A program made the translations under genes and the position numbers. Below, one piece after another: positions 56,876 through 64,000 of a DNA stretch of 64,000 nt (the first letter of the stretch is position 1; every line of letters starts with the position of its first letter). The notes below the pieces were generated by a model. That model had not been told where the DNA came from. It ran no database searches and saw nothing but the letters and a program-made list of their open reading frames with translations. Origin of the DNA: Anaeramoeba ignava BMAN (lineage: Eukaryota > Protista > Anaeramoebae); the NCBI GenBank assembly GCA_028826165.1, contig JAPDFW010000085.1, positions 248,001-312,000 on the forward strand, written 5' to 3'.

Positions 56876-58313
56876 ATGTCTTTTATTTACGTTTTAATAA
56901 CACAAAACAAAAATCTTTTATTTGATTATTCACCTTTTGATGGTATTTTATTATTTCTTTTTCTCTTTTAAACTCAAATTTAAATTCAAATTTAAATTTT
57001 ATATTTAATATCAAAAAGGAAATTTCAAGGAAATTTGTCTTAAATTTATTTATCATATAAATACAGAAAATAAAGGATCATATGCTTATGATCAGTAATT
57101 TATTTTAAAAAAGATTATTTTCAATTAAAGAAAAAGTTTTACAGAAAATAAATTCTTCATTTTTTCTTTCTAGATATTTACTTCATGTTTTAGTTGATCA
57201 AGAAACAGTTTTTCTTTGTATGGTTGCTTTAAGTGTTTCAAGAGGTTTAGCTTTTGCTTTTCTTGAAAAAATTAAAAAAGAATTTAATCAAGTTTTTAAA
57301 CAAGAAAAACCTCCAACAAAACATCAAAAACAAAATTTTTTTCATTTTTTAAAAACGGAATTTGTAAATTTATCAAGAATTTATATTTATATTTATATTA
57401 TTTTAAATATTTATATTATTTTAAATATATTTATATTTATATTTTAAAAATGAAAAATATTTATATTTATATTTAAATATTTTAAATATCTTTATATTTT
57501 TTTATATTATTTTAAATATATTTTAAAATATTTTATATTATTTTAAATATATTTTAAATATATTTTAAATATATTTTTTAAATTTATATTTTATTAAATT
57601 TATTTTTATATTTATATTATTTTAAATATTTATATTTTAAAAAATTATTTTAAATTTTAGAAAATAAATTTTATTTTTAAAAATATTTATATTTTTGAAA
57701 AATATTTATATTTATAGTTTTTAAATATATCCAACAAAAACAAATATTTATATTTTTAAAAATATATTTTAAATATTTATATTTTATATATTTTAAATAT
57801 TTTATATTTATATTTTAAATATTTATATTATTTTAAATATTTATATTTATATTATTTTAAATATATTTTAAATATTTATATTATTTTAAATATATTTTAA
57901 ATATATTTTAAATTTAGGATGAATTCTCTTCAATTAAAAACGTTGATACATTTACTAAAATGAAAAATGATCTTGATGAAACAAAACATATCATGAAAAA
58001 AAATATCGATAAAATAATTGATCGAGAAAATAAACTTGATGATCTAATTGATAAAACTGAAAATTTAGGAAAATATGCAGCTAACTTTAAAAAAACCTCA
58101 AGAAATGTTAAAAGAAGAATGTGTTGGGAAAAATATAAAACAACAATTGTTTTACTTTTAGTTATAACTGTAAATTTTATTCATATTTAAATATTTAAAT
58201 ATTTTTATTTTTATTTTTGTTATTATTATTATTATTATTAGGTTTTTATTTATTTTGTTGCAGCTGGAATTTGTGGTGGATTTCATTTCCCAAAATGTCA
58301 TTCTCAAAAATAA
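56876..58313 (+). CDS. VAMP7: VAMP7-like longin R-SNARE; 5 exons: 56876-56942, 57019-57094, 57174-57363, 57918-58169, 58242-58313
   Basis: Longin domain (GNFKEIC..SYAYDQYLLHVL..VFLCM..RGLAFAFLEKIK), R-SNARE motif MKKNIDKIIDRENKLDDLIDKTENL, TM helix and luminal ICGGFHFPKC typical of VAMP7. Confidence 0.88.
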
Positions 58314-58406
58314 AAATACTTTGAAAAATTTTCATTTTCATTTTTTTTCTTTTTCTTTTTCATTTTCATTTTCTTTTTCATTTTCATTTTTTTTTCTTAA
58401 AAGAAA

Positions 58407-60071
58407 ATGTCTTTTATAAATTCTTATATTTTCTGGTCAAATTTAAATTCTTTAATACAAAAAACAGAAATATATATTCCATTGGAACAAAACAAAATAA
58501 TTTCACTTCCAAACAATTTGCTAGTTCAAATTACTTCAATTATTCTTGTTTTAAATTTAGTCAAAATTATTCCACAATTAAATCAACAAAAACTCAGATT
58601 TCTTATTAGAATTTGTTTGGCACTATCACTTTTTTTGGAAAGAACTATATATTCAGTTCCTCTTAGTTTTGTATTTGGTGTTTTTTCTTTCTCATCAAAA
58701 CTAATTCTTGTTTGGTTGTTTTTACTTTTTTATCCTATTGGCAAAAAATCAATAACAAACTTTACTTTGTCTTTATTTTTAATTCAAATCCAATCACAAG
58801 TTTTTTGTGGAATCAATTTACTTTTCACTTTACCTTATTCAATAAATATTTTCATCATTTCTTTATATTACTATCCAAGAATCATCCAAATCGAACAAGA
58901 AAATCAAACTAACATAAGTAATTATCCTAACGATCAAGAAAACAGAGAAGCATATAAATTCCACGAACAATTCCAACACCAACATTTATATCTTTTTATT
59001 GAATACTTTCGAAATACCAATTTTTTGAGATTGAACATTAACGAATTACTAAAAATCATTACAAAATCAATAAAAGACATCAAAAACAAGGAAAAAAACC
59101 CTTTACTGTTTGCAATATCGCTTGGGAATCTCCTTTTTTTATCGATTGATCTTGTTTCTTTGCCAAGCAAAATAACATCAATGAATTCAATTCCAGCATT
59201 TCCTTTTGGATTGTGGATCACATTTGTCACACTGCTTTCCATCTTTGTTGCGATTGAGTATAAGGGATATCTGCAAACACTGCAACTCTTATATCGCACA
59301 CATCCTGGGTTCTGGTTTTTTGTGGGTCTCATTTTGCTTTTTGCTACTTTCCCATTTCAACCTTTTGGATTTTTAACTCATTTACTTCTATTGTTTCAAA
59401 TTGCTCCCTTTTGGTTTCACTACTTGACTCACATGCTCCCTTCAAGAATAGCTCATCAGACCAATTTCCTCCAAACAATAAGCATTGGTCTCATCACCTT
59501 TATTCTTTTGAAAACATTTATCCAATTCGTTTCAATCCCAATTATCTCAAATATTCTTTATTCCCTCTCTTTTCTTAATGTCACTTATTTTGTAGCTTCA
59601 AATAAAGACCGTTTTTCTTTAAGAAAAATGGAAGATCTTGAAACGAAAAAGAATTCTCTCAATTTAAATTTAAATTCAAATTCAAATTCAAATTCAAATT
59701 CAAATTCAAATTCAAACTCAAATTCAAACTCAAATGATGATAGTCATGATGAAAAACATGATGAAAAACATGATTTCCCCCAAGATTATCATCATCATCA
59801 TAATCATAATCATAATGAAAATAATCATAGTGAAAATAATCATAGTGAAAATAATCATAATGAAAATCAAACCGATTTTCGCATCGAATCCACAAATGAA
59901 TTCCAATCGGAAAGAAAAAAAATTCTTTTGATTTTCGGTTTCTTTTCAGGAATTCTTACTCCTATTGCAATTTTATTTAGAATATTTATTCATTATAGAA
60001 CTTGGGCTGTTAGTATTTGCGCTTTATTATATGCAGAACCAATGAAAATTATTGAAGAAATTTTGAAATAG
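58407..60071 (+). CDS. Uncharacterised multi-pass membrane protein with His-rich loop
   Basis: Intronless 554-aa ORF with ~11-13 hydrophobic segments and an (NS)n / HHHHNHNH..ENNH tract before the last TM; preceded by TTTTCATTTT motifs. Confidence 0.7.
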   Translation: MSFINSYIFWSNLNSLIQKTEIYIPLEQNKIISLPNNLLVQITSIILVLNLVKIIPQLNQQKLRFLIRICLALSLFLERTIYSVPLSFVFGVFSFSSKLILVWLFLLFYPIGKKSITNFTLSLFLIQIQSQVFCGINLLFTLPYSINIFIISLYYYPRIIQIEQENQTNISNYPNDQENREAYKFHEQFQHQHLYLFIEYFRNTNFLRLNINELLKIITKSIKDIKNKEKNPLLFAISLGNLLFLSIDLVSLPSKITSMNSIPAFPFGLWITFVTLLSIFVAIEYKGYLQTLQLLYRTHPGFWFFVGLILLFATFPFQPFGFLTHLLLLFQIAPFWFHYLTHMLPSRIAHQTNFLQTISIGLITFILLKTFIQFVSIPIISNILYSLSFLNVTYFVASNKDRFSLRKMEDLETKKNSLNLNLNSNSNSNSNSNSNSNSNSNSNDDSHDEKHDEKHDFPQDYHHHHNHNHNENNHSENNHSENNHNENQTDFRIESTNEFQSERKKILLIFGFFSGILTPIAILFRIFIHYRTWAVSICALLYAEPMKIIEEILK

Positions 60072-60130
60072 GAAAAAAATTCATTCTTTTTTTTTCATTT
60101 TTTTCTTTCATTTTTTTTCTAAATCAAAAT

Positions 60131-62821
60131 ATGAATCAAAATAACAATATTAATAATATTATTAATATAATTAAAGAAGGGTCAATTTACAGGATTTTTA
60201 AAAAACAAAAAAATCATCAATATTTAATTTTGACTTCACAAAATCTTCTTTATTTCAAACATCAACAAAAAAAGCAAAAAAAAAATATCATTTTGCAAGT
60301 CAATTTGCAAGATATTGAGTTTATAAAGCAAAATAAAAACGATTTCCAAATATCTGTTAAAGGAACAGAAATTACAACACGAACAAAAAATATCTCAGAA
60401 TGCCAAGAATGGATTTCAAAAATTTTGATCGCAATTTCTAATTATGATAATACTAATTTATCAAAAAATAATCAATACAAAAAAAACTACTTAAGAAATC
60501 AGTGTTCCAATTATTATCCTTCAATAATATCAACAATTTCTGAAAAATCAAAAAATTCGGAACAATTTTCATCTTCTCAAAAATTAAAAAATTTTTTCCA
60601 TTCCCGAATTTTACAAAATTTGGAAAAGCAGTTTCTTAAGTTTGATTTTGAAAATACTTCCAATATTGAATTTATTGTCAAATATCAAGCTTTTATGCTT
60701 TCTCAAGAACAAAATTTAATAGAAAATCAGATGCAAGAAAAACAACTTGAAAAAATTCACCAATCAAAATTACTATTCAAAGAAAACTCTGAAAATCCCA
60801 AAACGAAAGAAAATAACAAATCAAAATTACTCAAAAAAATCAAAAAAAAAGTTATTCAAGCTAAAAAAAAACCTCAAAAAAGCAAATTTAAATTTTCCCA
60901 AAAATACAATGGATTAGAAGAATTACCAGAACTTCTTCCATCATTCTCAATTTTTGATACTCTCACATTCAATAAAACTCATCTTGGCAAAATGCTTCCT
61001 ATCATTTATACATTTACCAACTTGCAAAAACTTGTTATTATTGATTGTGGAATTGATCATATTCCAGTAGAATTTTTGGAATTTCCCTGTTTAAAACACT
61101 TGGATCTTTCACAAAATCCTATAAGAAAAATACCATGTCCCCAAAATAAAAATGTAACTATGAGAATTCTCATTTTAAATAACTGCAAAATTACTGAAAT
61201 TCCTGATCAAATTTCTCGACTTATCATTCTCGAAAATTTGTTTGCTATCAATAATTTGATTGTGAAAATTAGCCCAAAAATCAATCAGCTTGAAAATCTG
61301 AAGAGATTGGATCTCTCTTACAATATGATCAAGGATCTTCCTACGGATCTTTCTGGATTAAAAAACAGCTTGAATTTCCTTTCATTGGCTTCGAATTTAA
61401 TTGAAGAATTCCCGTCTTCAATTAAACAACTTTACAATCTTCAATATTTGAATTTATGTCAAAATTTGATTGAAGATTTATCACAAATGCAAAATGCAAA
61501 TTTTACAAATTTGGAATTTTTGGATCTTCATCGTAATTTTATATCTCATTTCCCTTCCTTTTTATCTTCTTTTAAAAACATCTCAGAAATCAATTTGGAA
61601 TGGAATTTTATTGATGATTTTTCTGTAGTAATTTACTCTTCTTTCCCAAAACTGACAAAACTTTTGGTTGAAAATAATATTGAAATTGATTTAAAAAATG
61701 ATCATGAAACTAATTTAAAAAATAATATTGAATTTAATTTAAAAAATGATCTTGTTATCAAAATAATCGATTCAATCATTAAAAAATGTTTGTTTGGGAA
61801 ATTTTCCGGAAATGCAAATATTGAAAACCAATCAAATGATAGTTTTATTGATGATTCTTTTATTCTTGCAAATTTTAAACAAAATGACAAGAAATTATCA
61901 TTAAATGGCAATAATCTAACAAAAATTGACAAAATAGATTTTAGTAAAATACCATTTAATATGAATATCCAAAATGTTAAGATCAAAAACTTTCCTCATA
62001 TTCTGCACATTGAATCAAATATACTCAAATTCGCAAATATTACTTCCTTGAGCTTAACCAATTGTGAAGTTTCAAAAATACCAGAATTTCTTTGTAAATT
62101 GACGAACCTTTCATCACTCAATTTATCACATAATCCAATTATATATATCTCTTCTCATATTAAAAATCTTTCCAAATTGGAATTCATAAATCTTTCTCAT
62201 TGCAGAATTTCGCGAATTGATTCAACAATTTTCTCTTTATTTCAACTCAAAATTTTAGATTTATCAAATAATTTTCTCTCAAAAATACCCAAATTTATGG
62301 CTCAGCTATCCAATCTAGAATTATTAGATTTATCCCATAATCAAATTAGAAAATTTCCTCGAATTCTCTTCGAACTAAATTATCTTTATTCGCTTAATTT
62401 GGAACATAATCGTATTGAGGAATTTCCTCATATACACAAAATAAACAATACAATTAATTGCCTGAATCTCTCACATAATTTTATCTCTAATATTAGTCTC
62501 AAAATCTTTTACGCAATACCTTCTTTAAAACAAATTAAAATTTCAAATAATTTGATTACTTCCATAATTGATGATCTAGTTCTAGAGAATTATCACTTTT
62601 CGAACTTGATTGAATTAGATTTTTCTTACAATTTGCTTAAAAATTTTCCTTTTAATTTCTTTCTCTTTTTGGATTCCTCTTGCATTGTTCGTTTTATTGG
62701 GAATCCATTAAATGAAGAGTTGATCTCAATTGTACAAGATCTAAAACAAAGAAAAAAATTTTTCCAATTTTATAAGAATTTTCAAATTAAAAAGAAAAGA
62801 AAAGAAATTGGATTATTTTAA
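60131..62821 (+). CDS. PH-domain + leucine-rich repeat protein
   Basis: N-terminal PH (IIKEGSIYR..YLILTSQNLLYFK..ECQEWISKI); two LRR blocks (LxxLDLSxNxIxxLP); polybasic C-terminus. Confidence 0.85.
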   Translation: MNQNNNINNIINIIKEGSIYRIFKKQKNHQYLILTSQNLLYFKHQQKKQKKNIILQVNLQDIEFIKQNKNDFQISVKGTEITTRTKNISECQEWISKILIAISNYDNTNLSKNNQYKKNYLRNQCSNYYPSIISTISEKSKNSEQFSSSQKLKNFFHSRILQNLEKQFLKFDFENTSNIEFIVKYQAFMLSQEQNLIENQMQEKQLEKIHQSKLLFKENSENPKTKENNKSKLLKKIKKKVIQAKKKPQKSKFKFSQKYNGLEELPELLPSFSIFDTLTFNKTHLGKMLPIIYTFTNLQKLVIIDCGIDHIPVEFLEFPCLKHLDLSQNPIRKIPCPQNKNVTMRILILNNCKITEIPDQISRLIILENLFAINNLIVKISPKINQLENLKRLDLSYNMIKDLPTDLSGLKNSLNFLSLASNLIEEFPSSIKQLYNLQYLNLCQNLIEDLSQMQNANFTNLEFLDLHRNFISHFPSFLSSFKNISEINLEWNFIDDFSVVIYSSFPKLTKLLVENNIEIDLKNDHETNLKNNIEFNLKNDLVIKIIDSIIKKCLFGKFSGNANIENQSNDSFIDDSFILANFKQNDKKLSLNGNNLTKIDKIDFSKIPFNMNIQNVKIKNFPHILHIESNILKFANITSLSLTNCEVSKIPEFLCKLTNLSSLNLSHNPIIYISSHIKNLSKLEFINLSHCRISRIDSTIFSLFQLKILDLSNNFLSKIPKFMAQLSNLELLDLSHNQIRKFPRILFELNYLYSLNLEHNRIEEFPHIHKINNTINCLNLSHNFISNISLKIFYAIPSLKQIKISNNLITSIIDDLVLENYHFSNLIELDFSYNLLKNFPFNFFLFLDSSCIVRFIGNPLNEELISIVQDLKQRKKFFQFYKNFQIKKKRKEIGLF

Positions 62822-62974
62822 ACTTAAATTTGTTTATAATATTATTATTATCTATAATTTATTAATTAGAAAAAAAAAAGTTTCAAAAAATAAAATGAAA
62901 TTTTTTTTTGCTTTTTCATTTTTTTTTTTTTCACTTTTTCTTTTTTTTTTCTTCTCCTTTTCTTCTTTTTTTCA

Positions 62975-64000
62975 ATGATTGCTTATTATCAAAATAATCC
63001 AAATCAACCTAAAAGAGCCAATACACAACCAAATTTTTTTACAAACACAGAACCAATTTTAAATGTAAAAATAAAAATAAAAATTATAATAATAATAATA
63101 ACGAATTTTCAAAAATTAAAAACAATAAAAAACAAATAGAGATCCTTTTTAAGAAGACCTACTTTAGAATTAGCAAGAATTAGATTTGAAAAAAAATTAA
63201 AAAAAAATGGGAAAATTGAACAAACAAATAATATTTTCAATGAAAATGATGAAAATAAAAATTCTAATCCAAAATTAAATTCCAAAAAGCAAGAAAATAT
63301 AAATTTATTAAATAAAACATTGAGCTATTCTCATAACGAACAAAATTATTCACCAATAAGAAGTTTAACTATTGAAAGAAAACAAAAAAAGAATCAAGGT
63401 AGAAAAATAAATTAAATTGAATTACATAATTATTTCATTTTAATCCCAAATTCCTCTTTTTTTACTTTAAGATTTAATTACTAAACAAAATGAAGTTATG
63501 AATTGGATCGAAAATTTCTTGGGAAAAAAACTTTTTCAACATTCTCCATTAGCTTTATTAAAAGAAGGAAAAATTCTTTATGAAATTATTTTCAAAATTA
63601 AAAATTCTAAAATTGGATCAAATCCTGGAAACACAAAAGAAAATATCCCAAATAAATCAATTCAATATATATCAACTTTTTTGCAAGAATGTGAATCTCT
63701 TGGAATCGCAAAAAGTGATTTGTTTACAGTTAGTGATCTAATTGAAGGAAAAAATATGTTTCAAGTATTCCACACACTTGATATACTTAAAATGCACTAT
63801 CAAAAAAATTATCCTGAAAAATTGAATGAAAATTCAAGTGAGAGTTCGGATAATATAGAGCCAGAAATAGAAGCTGATGACGAATTTGAAGATCTTAGTT
63901 TTTATTTAGAAAATCAAGAAAATGAAAATGAAAATGAAAATGAAAATTCTCAAAAAAATTTCAAAATTAATTTAAATAATAATAAGAAAAATGGAAATGA
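62975..64000 (+). CDS. Calponin-homology (CH) domain protein, 3'-truncated by the window edge; exons 62975-63064, 63140-63398, 63472->64000
   Basis: In-frame GT-AG splicing gives QNEVMNWIENFLG..ALLKEGKILYEII..ISTFLQECESLGIAKSDLFTVSDLIEGKNMFQVFHTL, a calponin/IQGAP/Vav-type CH domain. Confidence 0.75.

Noticed and set aside
5064-62821. Inteins (reported to be abundant in Anaeramoeba)
   Set aside because: I found no Hint-like insertion (C/S start ... HN-C/S/T end) or homing endonuclease motif interrupting RPN2, CBF5, USP or the other recognisable proteins. A Hint HMM search would be needed to exclude divergent ones.
1-64000. tRNA, rRNA or snoRNA genes
   Set aside because: No recognisable structured RNA gene; intergenic and intronic DNA is almost devoid of G/C. 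A covariance-model search was not possible.

Overview
Very AT-rich, gene-dense, intron-containing nuclear DNA from a protist. The (NQ)n/(EN)n coding microsatellites, expanded RCC1-BTB and BTB-BACK-TLDc families and a Trichomonas-like TCATT initiator suggest a metamonad such as Anaeramoeba; this is inference and not verified. I reconstruct about 25 protein genes and 30 GT-AG introns by hand. Housekeeping genes: maspardin, BET1-like SNARE, MED14-like, RhoGAP, DRAM/TMEM150, CSN7, PRA1, USP20/33-like DUB, RPN2, Rab14, CBF5, VAMP7, a PH-LRR protein and a CH-domain protein. The most notable region is 19.7-34.3 kb, which holds five tandem RCC1-BTB-BTB paralogues. Their BTB halves are nearly invariant while the propeller loops are hypervariable and mosaic. 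The array also contains a 7-bladed FG-GAP/FN3 surface receptor and sits head-to-head with a BTB-BACK-TLDc gene, making it a candidate diversified recognition/Cullin-3 ubiquitination (immune- or symbiont-recognition-like) locus. Other notable signals: a catalytically dead DDE-transposase-like gene, introns inflated by intron-specific 6/12-bp tandem repeats, frequent AAG acceptors, a near-universal TTTTCATTTT promoter motif and GC domes inside long single-copy exons. Most low-complexity ORFs in the supplied track are artefacts of these repeats.
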